Shown: positions 29,920 through 40,411, counted from the stretch's first letter. The stretch: 64,000 bases of DNA from Promethearchaeota archaeon (GCA_016839765.1 JAEOTP010000034.1:36606-100605), one strand, 5' to 3'. Program-made: numbers and translations. The notes: generated from the letters alone by a model not told the origin.

Positions 29920-30822
29920 TTATTTATTTTTTTTTAAATTAATTTTTAACACGGTTATCAGGATTGCTATAAAGATTAACCCCATCCCTATCCAATTAAA
30001 AAGCGATAAAATCTCATTTCCAATTAAAAATCCAAATAATACTGCAAAAACAGGCTCTAATGTGAAAATAATAGCTGTTTGAGAAGGGCCTTGGTGTTTT
30101 TGACCCCAATTCTGAAATATAAAGGTTAAACTAGTGGCTCCAAAACCCATATAAAGCATTATCAACCAAATTTCTAATTGGCTTGAAAAAAGATCATATG
30201 ATTCTCTGAGGATCAAAGAAGATGTAAAACACAGAAGTGTTAACGTTATTAATTGAATAATGGTATAAAGATACACATCAAAAATTCTCACATTTCTATC
30301 ATTTAGGACAATAAAGATGGCACAGAAAACCGCACATCCTAAAACTAATAAATCCCCTATAATAATTCCAGATTTGTTTTCTAGTAATTTTTCTATTAAT
30401 AATAATGCCATACCGATTACAGATAAAACAACAGCAATCCAGATTGTATATTTCACTCTTCTTTTATATAGAAACCATGTTATAAAAGGAACCATTACAG
30501 TACTCAGTCCTGTAATGAAACCTGCTTTACCAGCTGTTGTTGTTTGAAGCCCATAAGTTTGAAACACCATTGAAAGATAGTAAATAAACCCTGTCAATAT
30601 TCCCAACAATAAAATTCTTTTGTTAACTTTTTTAAAATGAAAAAATAAAGGGATAAAACCAATTGTTCCAAGTAAATATCGTAATCCAAGGTACAAAAAA
30701 ATTGGAATATCTTGAGTAAGAGTTTTAGTAATGATGAAAGTTGTACCCCATAAAATCGTAGTAAATATCAAAAAAAGATTCGCAATTACTTTTATTTTTT
30801 TATTATGTTTCTTTTCATTCAT
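29920..30822 (-). CDS. EamA/DMT family transporter
   Basis: LWGTTF, GLQTTTAGKAGFITGL, GDLLVL, IIFTLEPVFA. Confidence 0.9.
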   Translation of the reverse strand: MNEKKHNKKIKVIANLFLIFTTILWGTTFIITKTLTQDIPIFLYLGLRYLLGTIGFIPLFFHFKKVNKRILLLGILTGFIYYLSMVFQTYGLQTTTAGKAGFITGLSTVMVPFITWFLYKRRVKYTIWIAVVLSVIGMALLLIEKLLENKSGIIIGDLLVLGCAVFCAIFIVLNDRNVRIFDVYLYTIIQLITLTLLCFTSSLILRESYDLFSSQLEIWLIMLYMGFGATSLTFIFQNWGQKHQGPSQTAIIFTLEPVFAVLFGFLIGNEILSLFNWIGMGLIFIAILITVLKINLKKNK

Positions 30823-30929
30823 ATAAATTACAGTCTACTAATTTATGCTATGATAAAAATGTTTTTATGAAAGTTATTAGAATTGAAAAGGTAAATAACA
30901 ATTTTATAACAATTTTACAATTTTTACTG

Positions 30930-30953
30930 AAAATCGAACTGCAGTTCAATTTT
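30930..30953. promoter_or_regulatory. Near-perfect 24-bp palindrome, candidate operator
   Basis: AAAAT-C-GAACTGCAGTTC-A-ATTTT, about 110 bp upstream of the EamA start. Confidence 0.35.
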
Positions 30954-31057
30954 TATTCGCTTCTGATTGAATAATTATTAAAATTGATTAGATTTAAAAT
31001 AAACAATTATAAAATAAAAATTAAAAAAAAAAATTTAGATAAGATTATTTCATAAAA

Positions 31058-33178
31058 TTACCAAGGCCAGACAAATCCTTTATTTTCCACGGAAAACTCA
31101 TACGCTGATGTTAGTATATGATCTGCTCGATTGCTAATAATCATTACATGGAAGTTATTGTATGTTTTTTCAGTTGTCCTCGTACCACTTTGGGTAGCAT
31201 ATGAAATATGCATGTGATTTTCCCAAAGATACTCTATACCGTGGGCTCCGCCTCCATATCGAACGGTTAATATTGTTATCTCATAATCATTATCCCATAT
31301 GCCATCTGTTATATACCAACCATCTGTTTCCCAATTACCTTCACCAGATTCTACATCATCAGTGAATCCTAGTTCAGGTATGGATATATCATCAACATAC
31401 ATATTTTGCAATGTAAATGCTCCATCCTGCCAAAGGCGGAAATGAAGTTCAATTTGATGCCCTGCAAATGGACTAAGATCCATACTTACCGGTATCCAAC
31501 CTACGCTAGAACCCGTAAATGCATGCCATTTGCCAGCTGCTAAGTAATCTCTTGGTTCACGACCAGCAGGCACATTTGGATTATCTTGACTAAACGGATC
31601 CGTGCTGACTGTAATGCCAGGCGCCTCTAAAGTAGTGTATTCATCTGTATCATAATCATAAACCTCAACATATCCATAGTCCCAGTCCAATTCAATTTCA
31701 TAGAAGGTGTTAAAATTTAGAGTAGCCCCTCCTGCAGGAATATCAAAGGTCTGATGGAAACTATGCCAAGCCCACGCGTTGGCACCGGAATACCACTCGT
31801 AACTTCCGCTAGACGGAAGATTTCCTGAAAAATCAGTCGCATCAAAATGGATAGTAGCTAATCTATTAGTGAATCTATAATATTGAGCGGTGTAGGGTTG
31901 TGGATCGATTCCAAACCACCACGAAGAATGTAATGTAAAATCTGCTTCATAAATTATTTCTCCCCAGGCATCTAATACAGCATCAAGGGTCCAGCCCCCC
32001 GAAGCAGCGCTGGGTATATCTAATAAATCATAGCCATACCAGCCTCCCCCCTTAGAGGGATCATCAAGAAAATTAGCAATAGTCCACCGATCAAAAAGTG
32101 TGTCAAAATGCATCCAATAACCGTGCTTATATAAGGTTTTTTGAACTCCTTCGATTCCATTTGCTTGTTCTTGGACTAAATCCTTAATGAAATCAATACC
32201 AAATTTCTCATACATATACAATGCAAATAAATATGAAGCACCATAATCTTCTAATCCGTTACCCCAGAATGTAAGAGCTGTAAGCCAGTGATAAATAAGA
32301 TAGTTTGCTATATGACTAGTCCAATGTCCATAACCACACAAATACATTGCTAAATCAGCACAACCTTCATCGACCCAAGAAGGTTCGTCAGGATCTTGAT
32401 CAAAATGGACCAGATGTTGAAATTCATGAGCAAAAACAGCTTCCATAACTTGACTTGAACCCGGGCCTACACGATTTTCCCAGTCATATGTATCACAATG
32501 AAATACATTTTTATTGAACTCACCACTTACGGCTGAAGAGAAGTATCCTACTGCATAAGAAGTTGCAGTATCATCGTGGTATGATCGATCTCGTATATTA
32601 AAAATTAAAACCCATACTTTTTGGCCTTCATCCCCACGTGGGAGCGGTTCTCCAAAAACGCTGGTTACAGTAGGATAAATTACTGTATCAAATTCATCTA
32701 AAAGATATTGGCATTGTGCTAAGGTATAATTATCCCAGTATCTATCCCATGTCCCAAAAGGATTAGCATTATGAAAATAAGTGCCATCATAACTATCATA
32801 CGCATCTTTGGTGATTAAGATAAGTCCATGCACGCCCTCTAATAAGATAATAAAATCTTCATCATACGATTCTGGCAACCAACTATCGCTTAGAGGGAAT
32901 GTAAATTCATCACCCACCTCTGCAGGTTCTCCAATTGGGCTCGCTTGAGTAGCTTCAGCTGGACCTACTTCTGCAGCTTTCTTTCTCATAGCCATTTCTT
33001 CATATCCAAGATCTTCACGGGAAAAATCCACTGGAGCACGGTTATCGATTAAAAACGTACTCTCGCTGGATGCTGTTGGAATAACAAGAAACATGAGGGT
33101 TCCCGAAGAAACTCCTAAAACTAAGATAGAAATAAGAAGGATTGAATAGCTTTTATTTCTCATTTTTTTATACTCCAA
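31058..33178 (-). CDS. Secreted zinc metalloprotease, immune inhibitor A (M6)/M30-like, with C-terminal beta-sandwich
   Basis: N-terminal signal/TM; AHEFQHLVH + WVDEGCA; DYGASYLF; YEIELDWDYGYVEV, DLSPFAG, YVDDISI. Confidence 0.8.
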   Translation of the reverse strand: MEYKKMRNKSYSILLISILVLGVSSGTLMFLVIPTASSESTFLIDNRAPVDFSREDLGYEEMAMRKKAAEVGPAEATQASPIGEPAEVGDEFTFPLSDSWLPESYDEDFIILLEGVHGLILITKDAYDSYDGTYFHNANPFGTWDRYWDNYTLAQCQYLLDEFDTVIYPTVTSVFGEPLPRGDEGQKVWVLIFNIRDRSYHDDTATSYAVGYFSSAVSGEFNKNVFHCDTYDWENRVGPGSSQVMEAVFAHEFQHLVHFDQDPDEPSWVDEGCADLAMYLCGYGHWTSHIANYLIYHWLTALTFWGNGLEDYGASYLFALYMYEKFGIDFIKDLVQEQANGIEGVQKTLYKHGYWMHFDTLFDRWTIANFLDDPSKGGGWYGYDLLDIPSAASGGWTLDAVLDAWGEIIYEADFTLHSSWWFGIDPQPYTAQYYRFTNRLATIHFDATDFSGNLPSSGSYEWYSGANAWAWHSFHQTFDIPAGGATLNFNTFYEIELDWDYGYVEVYDYDTDEYTTLEAPGITVSTDPFSQDNPNVPAGREPRDYLAAGKWHAFTGSSVGWIPVSMDLSPFAGHQIELHFRLWQDGAFTLQNMYVDDISIPELGFTDDVESGEGNWETDGWYITDGIWDNDYEITILTVRYGGGAHGIEYLWENHMHISYATQSGTRTTEKTYNNFHVMIISNRADHILTSAYEFSVENKGFVWPW

Positions 33179-33747
33179 TTTGTTTTTTATTAATTAATTT
33201 CAACTTTTTTATTATTTTTCGTTTAGATTTCTTTACACGCCGAAAAGTTTTTCGGTTTATTGCCACTTTAATAAATTTTTAATATTTCCAAAAACCATCA
33301 TAAGATGATTCAAGGGAACATTTAATAATAAACTACATTCTAATATATAAAATTTACTGTTTCATCGAAGCAATAGGCAAACAATGAGCTTTAACCTATG
33401 GGTATTCATACATATTTGTTATAAAATGCAATTTATATTTGAGATAACAAAAAGAAAAAAAATATTTAACGCCATTAAATTAGAATCTCTTAATTTATTA
33501 TTTTACAACTAATTAAGATTTTGTTATCATAAAACTTTAGCTTAAAATGAATTTCTACGTTTAAATAAATTACTATTTGTTGGTACAACACTTTTATTTA
33601 ATGGTAAAACTATCCAATAATACTATGATATGGTAATTAAATACAGGCGAATCGAAGCAAAAATTTAAAAATATGAGGACTATCTTTAGGTAGACAATTT
33701 GTTTTTTCAAATTGGTTTCAACTTTTTTATTAGATTCGGATTAGAGC

Positions 33748-33781
33748 TTAAAAAAAGTGGGCTTTCTTCCACTTTTTTTAA
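33748..33781. terminator. 13-bp inverted repeat hairpin with A/T tails (bidirectional terminator-like or operator)
   Basis: TTAAAAAAAGTGG-gctttctt-CCACTTTTTTTAA. Confidence 0.4.
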
Positions 33782-33998
33782 CATTATTCACTTTGTAGGT
33801 TAATTTTCTTTTTTTTTAAGCATTTAAACGCCTGCTAATTAGATTTAACATTTTTGTAATTAATATTATATAATTTATTAATTTCCAGCATTAATTATAC
33901 TTTTACTGCATATTTCATATAAGAAATATTTTAAAGCTGCATTGATTTTTAAATTCAATATTTAAATCATTGTATAGAAGTTAAAAATAGGTGATTGC

Positions 33999-35471
33999 TT
34001 GGTAAAAACTTACACACATATTAATGAAAAAATAAAAAATGGCGATGTTGTAGTGGTTACTGCTGAAGACATGATAAAGATAGTTGAGGAAAATGGACCT
34101 AAAATCGCAGCTGAAGAGATTGACGTAGTTACCACAGGAACTTTTGGTCCTATGTGTTCCAGTGGTGCTTTCTTAAATTTTGGTCACTCAGATCCACCAA
34201 TCAAGTTTGAACATCTCTGGCTTAATGAGGTTCATGCCTATCATGGTAATGCTGCGGCTGATTGTTATATTGGAGTGACTAGGATGGCAGATAAAAGGCC
34301 ATTTGAATATGGAGGAGGCAACGTTATTGAGGATCTTGTTTCTGGTAAAAAGATAAGATTAAGAGGTATCTCAAACACAACAGATTGTTATCCCCTTGGA
34401 GAGATGGATACCTCTTTTACTATTGATGATTTGAATCAAGCAATTTTATGTAATCCGAGAAATGCGTATCAGCGGTATGTATGTGCGGTAAATAGTACAG
34501 ATAAAACACTATATACTTACATGGGAAAATTATTGCCTCATTTTGGAAATGCTCATTACGCAGGTGCAGGATGTTTAAACCCATTAAGTAACGATCCTAA
34601 CTATGAAACTATAGGAATAGGAACTAGAATATTTCTTGGAGGAGGAATTGGCTATGTCATAGGAGAAGGAACTCAGCACAATCCATCAAATGGATATGGT
34701 ACTTTATTTGTAAAAGGTGATTTGAAACAAATGAATTCCGAGTATCTGAGAGGGGTTAATTTTGAAAAATATGGGACGTCTATGTTTGTTGGTTTAGGTA
34801 TTCCAATCCCTGTATTAAACGATAATTTAGCTAAGAAAACAGCAATAAAAGATGAAGAAATTATCACTGATGTAGTTGATTATGGTATTCCGAGGAGGGA
34901 CCGACCCATTTTAAAGAAAGTAACGTATAAGGAACTTAAAAGTGGGTTAATAGACTTAAATGGAAATAAAGTAAAATGTTCATCTCTTTCTTCGTTATAT
35001 TATGCTCGAAAAATAGCCAATGAATTAAAAAGTTGGATAGAAGAAGGTTTATTTTACTTAAATCCTCCCGCCGAAACTTTATCAAGAAACACCATTTATA
35101 GATCGATGAAACAAACCTCAGAACTAAAATTTGTCAAGGATTTAAAGAGAGATGCTATAATTTGTTATGATGATTGTAATCTAAAAATGGTTGCTCAGAA
35201 AATTATCAAAGAAAACATGAATCACATTATCATTACTAATAGAGAAAGGGTTCTGAAAGGTATAGTTACGAGTTTTGATGTAACAAAAGCGATTGCTGAA
35301 GATAAAACAGATATTAACGAAATCATTACAAAAAAAGTCATTACTACCACTGATAATGAACCTATTGAAGTTGCTGCTAGAAAGATGAAAGTTAATGATA
35401 TTTCAGCTTTACCTGTTATTGATGAAAATATGAAAGTAATTGGAATACTAACTTCAGAAGAGTTGATGTAA
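33999..35471 (+). CDS. L-aspartate semialdehyde sulfurtransferase (homocysteine biosynthesis, DUF39 + CBS pair; MA1821/MJ0100 family)
   Basis: VDVVTTGTFGPMCSSGA-like motif, NPRNAYQ, LYTYMG, GIGTRIFLGG, EGTQH; two C-terminal CBS domains; GGTGA upstream. Confidence 0.9.
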   Translation: MVKTYTHINEKIKNGDVVVVTAEDMIKIVEENGPKIAAEEIDVVTTGTFGPMCSSGAFLNFGHSDPPIKFEHLWLNEVHAYHGNAAADCYIGVTRMADKRPFEYGGGNVIEDLVSGKKIRLRGISNTTDCYPLGEMDTSFTIDDLNQAILCNPRNAYQRYVCAVNSTDKTLYTYMGKLLPHFGNAHYAGAGCLNPLSNDPNYETIGIGTRIFLGGGIGYVIGEGTQHNPSNGYGTLFVKGDLKQMNSEYLRGVNFEKYGTSMFVGLGIPIPVLNDNLAKKTAIKDEEIITDVVDYGIPRRDRPILKKVTYKELKSGLIDLNGNKVKCSSLSSLYYARKIANELKSWIEEGLFYLNPPAETLSRNTIYRSMKQTSELKFVKDLKRDAIICYDDCNLKMVAQKIIKENMNHIIITNRERVLKGIVTSFDVTKAIAEDKTDINEIITKKVITTTDNEPIEVAARKMKVNDISALPVIDENMKVIGILTSEELM

Positions 35472-35867
35472 TTGACAATTATAAATTGTACTTTACCCTT
35501 TGGAATCGTAAAAGATATTGGTGATTATTCAAAAATCATTAATGAAATTCTGCAATTTGACATTACTTTTAACATTCTTAAATTTTCAACTGTATCCACT
35601 GGTGTAAATATTCTGTTAGATGTACCAGAGGATAAAATAAAAAGGATTGCAGAATCGTTGAGAAAGAATAATGTTATTGTGAATAAAAAAGGAAGAATCA
35701 TTATTAATGATGATAAATGCATTGATTGTGGCGCATGCATTTCTTTATGTCCAACAGAAGCATTGTTTTTAAATGAATATGCTAGATTAGAATTTTCTTA
35801 TGACAAGTGCATTGGATGTCTATTATGTTTAGATTCATGCCCACGGCATGCAATTGAAGAAATGTAA
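35472..35867 (+). CDS. NIL domain + 2x[4Fe-4S] ferredoxin (MA1822/MJ0099-like partner)
   Basis: FNILK NIL-like segment; CIDCGACISLCP, CIGCLLCLDSCP; abuts the DUF39 gene. Confidence 0.88.
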   Translation: MTIINCTLPFGIVKDIGDYSKIINEILQFDITFNILKFSTVSTGVNILLDVPEDKIKRIAESLRKNNVIVNKKGRIIINDDKCIDCGACISLCPTEALFLNEYARLEFSYDKCIGCLLCLDSCPRHAIEEM

Positions 35868-35909
35868 ATTGTGGATTTAAAAATTATAAAATTGTTTCTT
35901 TTTAAGATA

Positions 35910-36923
35910 TTATTGTTGAGTAATTATTTCAAATATTTCTTCTATACGACGAGTCTTCCTTCTTAAAGTAATACAGCGTTCTTCTTCACAACCTCGTAAT
36001 AATGCAACCAATTCATTCAGATGGATTGTAGGAATATCTAATTTTTCATTGAACCATTTATCCATCTTTTCTCTATATTCTGGTTTGCTCAAAGTGTATA
36101 AACAAGTAGGGCAAGGTGTTATAATAAAATCTGCTCCAACATTTTGAGCACTCGATAATTTATTAGCCGTTATTTTTAGCGCTTCTCGAGGATTTATTAA
36201 GAGCTGTGAGGCACCCCAACCGCAACAGCTCTCTCTCTCTTGGTAATCAACAGGTGTTCCACCAAATAAAGTTATGAGTTCTTCTAATTTAGACTTATCC
36301 TTTAAATAATGATTAACACTACGTTTATCTCTTGATAAGTTTAAATAATGACATCCATAGTGGACTGCAACTTTAAAATCACTTAAATCGAATTTTAATG
36401 AATTTATCACATCATTTCTGATCAAGTATAAAAAATCTAAATCGTGGATAAACCGTACCTTTGGATTTTCCAAAATATCATACATTCTAGGATATGTCTC
36501 TCTTTTAACATTTTTTTTTAACTGATTTAGAATTTCTTGAGTTTTTTTCTTTACTTGAGGTATTTTTAAAAACTCTCTTCCTCTTAAGAGAGAATTATAA
36601 CACCCGTTGCATGAAAATAATAAAATATCTGCTTGTTGATTAATTTCATTTAAATTTCTTTCATTTATAGCCGCAAATTGAGCTCTAGTTATTAAATTTC
36701 TTTGAAAAAAGGTTCCAGTGCAACATGACTGATTCTTACATGTAGATACTTCGAGTTGAAGACTCCCAAGTAGATCATGAATTCCCCATCTCACTCCAGG
36801 GAAATATTTTTCTAAGCATGCTTTAAATAAACATAATTTCTTATCTTTAAAAAATTCTAAAGGATTCTCTTGAAAATTTCTTTCAATTTCCTCAATATCA
36901 AGAGCTAAATCATAGGTTTCCAT
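35910..36923 (-). CDS. hdrB: Heterodisulfide reductase subunit B-like (CCG domains)
   Basis: QSCCTG, SCNGC, VHYGCH, SCCGWG, PCPTC. Confidence 0.8.
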   Translation of the reverse strand: METYDLALDIEEIERNFQENPLEFFKDKKLCLFKACLEKYFPGVRWGIHDLLGSLQLEVSTCKNQSCCTGTFFQRNLITRAQFAAINERNLNEINQQADILLFSCNGCYNSLLRGREFLKIPQVKKKTQEILNQLKKNVKRETYPRMYDILENPKVRFIHDLDFLYLIRNDVINSLKFDLSDFKVAVHYGCHYLNLSRDKRSVNHYLKDKSKLEELITLFGGTPVDYQERESCCGWGASQLLINPREALKITANKLSSAQNVGADFIITPCPTCLYTLSKPEYREKMDKWFNEKLDIPTIHLNELVALLRGCEEERCITLRRKTRRIEEIFEIITQQ

Positions 36924-36949
36924 AATTTATTTGCTTAATGTATTTAAAA

Positions 36950-37462
36950 TTATTTCTTCTTCTTTCTTTTGTTTTTGCTTGCCTTAAAAACATATTTTAT
37001 TCGTGCAAAATTGCAAATCTCATTTAATTCATCAATCCTCTGTTGGGGTAATTTTTCACCTAAAGGTTCTTCCAATACAACTCCAGTTGTAAGGAACCTC
37101 TCTGCCATTTCTACGTATTTTCTTAAATCATTGTATTTTGGTCCATATCCTTTTTTAAATGACTCATTTCTGAGATTGATAATTAACATTGGAATGTTTA
37201 TATTTTCCCTGGGACATACTCGTTTGCATCTTTCACATAAATAGCAATACCAAATATCAGAATCTTTTAAAACGGATTTATCTCCACGTAAAACTTTTCT
37301 AATAATCTTTCTGATATTAAATTCAGATACTTTTGCTGCAGGACAATCGCCTACACATTTTCCACAGCTAATACATTGAATTATATTTTTATTTTCGTCT
37401 ACATCTTCTACGAGTTCCTCATAAAATTCCCAATTCCACTCTGAATCTGAATATTCATCCAT
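36950..37462 (-). CDS. hdrC: Heterodisulfide reductase subunit C-like
   Basis: CISCGKCVGDCP, IWYCYLCERCKRVCP; directly upstream of hdrB. Confidence 0.82.
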   Translation of the reverse strand: MDEYSDSEWNWEFYEELVEDVDENKNIIQCISCGKCVGDCPAAKVSEFNIRKIIRKVLRGDKSVLKDSDIWYCYLCERCKRVCPRENINIPMLIINLRNESFKKGYGPKYNDLRKYVEMAERFLTTGVVLEEPLGEKLPQQRIDELNEICNFARIKYVFKASKNKRKKKK

Positions 37463-37751
37463 GATGTGATTCCTTATATTTTTAATAAGAAGAATATTAT
37501 AAATGCTAAGAGAAAATCATAATTCATAATAAAAAAATTATTGTATTAAAAAAAGTAATTTAATTTGTATATATATTTTAATTTCAAAAATTAGATAATC
37601 AAATTATTAGTTAAGTTAATATTATTTCTGAAAATCGATAAAGAAGAAAATATTTATTATTTAAGAAATTTTTTTGAAAAATATCACCATAAAAAATTCC
37701 AAGTAATCAACCAAAATTAAAGCGACCTTATTATTAACTGGAGTATTACTA

Positions 37752-38444
37752 ATGGTTCTTTATAAAGATGGAAAAGTATATTTAAAACTGGTATATTGGG
37801 GTATGGCAGGATCAGGTAAAACTACCATACTTCAAACCCTTTACAAGTTAACAAAAGAAACAAAGAAAGAAATTGTTCCAATTGGTAATTTACAAATAAT
37901 AGCGAGGGAAAGTGGGGCAACTTTATATTTTGATAGAGGTTTATTTCAATCAACGAAACAAAAACAGGTCTATTATAGGGTATTTACAGTTGCGGGACAA
38001 TCAAGTTTTTCACCTCTTAGAATAAAACTGTTTGATAAACCAGAAGATAAAACTGATGCTGTTATATATGTGATTGACTCTCAGACTAAATTTCTTGAAG
38101 ATAACATTGAATCACTTCGAGAATTAAAAAGCGTTGCTAATGATAAACTAATTAAAGAGATCCCCTTTATTGTAATGCTTAATAAACAGGATCTCAAAGA
38201 AATTATTGATAAAGACAACTTTATTCAAATTTTAAAAAATGAAAAACTTTGGTATGAACCTGGGAATAGCCTAAATAGATGGAATCCTATAATTTATGAA
38301 ACTTGTGCTTTGTATGACCAAGAAAAAGATATTTATCGTAGTTTTCATGAATGTGCTAGAAGAACTGCATTATATCAAATTTATGGAGATGGAAAGGCAC
38401 CTTCAGAAGAAAAAATATCTGATACTTCCATACTGACAATATAG
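37752..38444 (+). CDS. MglA-like small GTPase
   Basis: KLVYWGMAGSGKTT, TLYFD, FTVAGQ (T replaces D in G3, MglA signature), NKQDL, TCA. Confidence 0.8.
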   Translation: MVLYKDGKVYLKLVYWGMAGSGKTTILQTLYKLTKETKKEIVPIGNLQIIARESGATLYFDRGLFQSTKQKQVYYRVFTVAGQSSFSPLRIKLFDKPEDKTDAVIYVIDSQTKFLEDNIESLRELKSVANDKLIKEIPFIVMLNKQDLKEIIDKDNFIQILKNEKLWYEPGNSLNRWNPIIYETCALYDQEKDIYRSFHECARRTALYQIYGDGKAPSEEKISDTSILTI

Positions 38445-38470
38445 ATTACGAATTTTTAAAAAAAAATTAT

Positions 38471-39235
38471 TTATTTTTCCCTAATAAAAATAGAATGCAT
38501 CCATCTTGGTAGCAAAAATCCCCCGTAGAACTCTATAGCACTAATTATTAATAATACTCTTACAATTACCACCATTATTGCTAATAACGGATCAGTTGGA
38601 TCCTCAAAAATAGTACCTAGTAAGGAATCAAATACAGCTGCTATTGTAAACGTAATAAATGCTGCTCGCAATAATTTTCCTTTCACACGCACTTCTTTAT
38701 CTTTAGATTTTACTGATTTTTGGGAAAAAATAATTCCAGTTATAAACATTACAAGGATAACGATCACTAAATAAATAAGGATGAAATCTCCAAAATTTAC
38801 TGTGAATGGACGCGAAAGAACGCCTATAGCATTAATATCTGTAAAGAAAAGATAAAAAAACATAACTTCAAAAGCAATGCTCAAAATAATAGTTAAGGTA
38901 ATAACGATTTTCTGTTTTTTTTTGCCAATCATATCTGTGAAAGCTGTTAACCAACTCAAAAGTGCAATTGGGATAAAGCAATTCCCGATAATAAAATACC
39001 ATTCTCTTGGCAAAAATTCCTGGAAAATTAAATACATTATAAAACTAATGGAATCTGGGAACCAAGGGTTAGCTACACCTATCCAAGAGATTCCTACAAG
39101 GATATAAAGCCTTGATTTATATTTAGTATATTTTGAGAGAATTGTAAATCCAATTATAAGTGAAATCAGCACAAAAACTAAACTGAAACTTCCTTGTAAA
39201 TAATCAACTAATTGTAAATCCAAATTTTTCACCAA
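38471..39235 (-). CDS. Approximately 7-TM membrane protein
   Basis: About seven hydrophobic helices, basic cytoplasmic loop SVKSKDKEVRVKGK, C-term LLPRW. Confidence 0.7.
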   Translation of the reverse strand: MVKNLDLQLVDYLQGSFSLVFVLISLIIGFTILSKYTKYKSRLYILVGISWIGVANPWFPDSISFIMYLIFQEFLPREWYFIIGNCFIPIALLSWLTAFTDMIGKKKQKIVITLTIILSIAFEVMFFYLFFTDINAIGVLSRPFTVNFGDFILIYLVIVILVMFITGIIFSQKSVKSKDKEVRVKGKLLRAAFITFTIAAVFDSLLGTIFEDPTDPLLAIMVVIVRVLLIISAIEFYGGFLLPRWMHSIFIREK

Positions 39236-39337
39236 TTTTTAAACTTCAATGAAAGTTAAATTTGAATAAATAGTGATTAAATATATTTCTTTTGGATTTA
39301 TTCTAAATTTAGCAAAATTCAATTATTGAAAAAATAA

Positions 39338-40411
39338 TTAGATTACTGAATAATTAAAGAGGATTGGTTGGTCTTTTAAATCATTTAATAACAATTCTGT
39401 ATGATATAAATATTGATTTAAAGAAATTTCTTGATTTTTATATCTTCTAATTAGAATTTTTATTATGTAGAAAGGAGAAAACTTCAAGAATCGAATATCA
39501 GAAAATAAATAGGCTATACCTTTTGCTTCGAATAGGATTTTTTTATCCATCAGCTCATCAAATAAATCCTGTCGATTATTTAATAAACTTAAACAATCAT
39601 TTACAGAAAGATTTGTATTTCTCAAATTTTTTATTAAAAGATATACATCTTTATCAACTAGAAAATTGATTATTGCTTTGTTCTCTAACTCTTGACTACA
39701 ATTATATTTTGAATAAAACTTAATAAATTCTTTTTTATATTTTTTTAGGACACGCTGTTCTATATTTTCCTCATCAGGTATTCTTTTGGGAGGGACTCTT
39801 GCACATGTAAAATCCTTGATTAAAAAATAACATTCTTTACTACCTGGAATACTTCTCTTTAAAATTAGATTCTCTCGAAGAAATGATATTAAAAGTAAAT
39901 CAATATTTACAGTAGAAAATCCATATTCTTGTCTTAATAAGTTTGTTAATTCTGTTTTGGAAATTACTCCATTTCTTAATATTTGTAAAATTGTGAACTT
40001 AATTTTATCTTGGAAAAAATTTATCAAATCTTCACTTTCCAATTTGTTATAATTCTTTATTGTGTTAAACGCTTCAGAAATAGCTCTAGTCATTTTATTT
40101 GTGTTCATTAACTCAATAAGATTTTTGCCAATAATAGCTAAAATATCAGGAGAAATAACATCCTCTTTCTCTTTTTTACCACTTAAAACAAGAACTAAAA
40201 AATACATTTCACTTTCGAATTCTTGTAATATAGAAATGAAGTGGTTGTTCTGATCTTCTAATTCTATTAAAAAATTTTCTTTATTTAGTTCATGTTGAGC
40301 CCAAATTTTTAAAAATAAATCTTTTTTAGGGAATTCTTTTTCTGGGGGATATTGGATTAATGGTTCGGGTCCAGTGCTTTTATTCCAATGAACAATGATT
40401 AATCTTTCCAT
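39338..40411 (-). CDS. Longin-like domain protein with C-terminal winged-helix-like region
   Basis: LIIVHWNKSTGPEPLIQYP start typical of longin/uDENN-like folds; ILQILRNGVISKTELTNLL wHTH-like. Confidence 0.55.
   Translation of the reverse strand: MERLIIVHWNKSTGPEPLIQYPPEKEFPKKDLFLKIWAQHELNKENFLIELEDQNNHFISILQEFESEMYFLVLVLSGKKEKEDVISPDILAIIGKNLIELMNTNKMTRAISEAFNTIKNYNKLESEDLINFFQDKIKFTILQILRNGVISKTELTNLLRQEYGFSTVNIDLLLISFLRENLILKRSIPGSKECYFLIKDFTCARVPPKRIPDEENIEQRVLKKYKKEFIKFYSKYNCSQELENKAIINFLVDKDVYLLIKNLRNTNLSVNDCLSLLNNRQDLFDELMDKKILFEAKGIAYLFSDIRFLKFSPFYIIKILIRRYKNQEISLNQYLYHTELLLNDLKDQPILFNYSVI

Noticed and set aside
38471-39235. Rhodopsin or true GPCR
   Set aside because: No retinal-binding Lys in the last helix and no GPCR motifs visible
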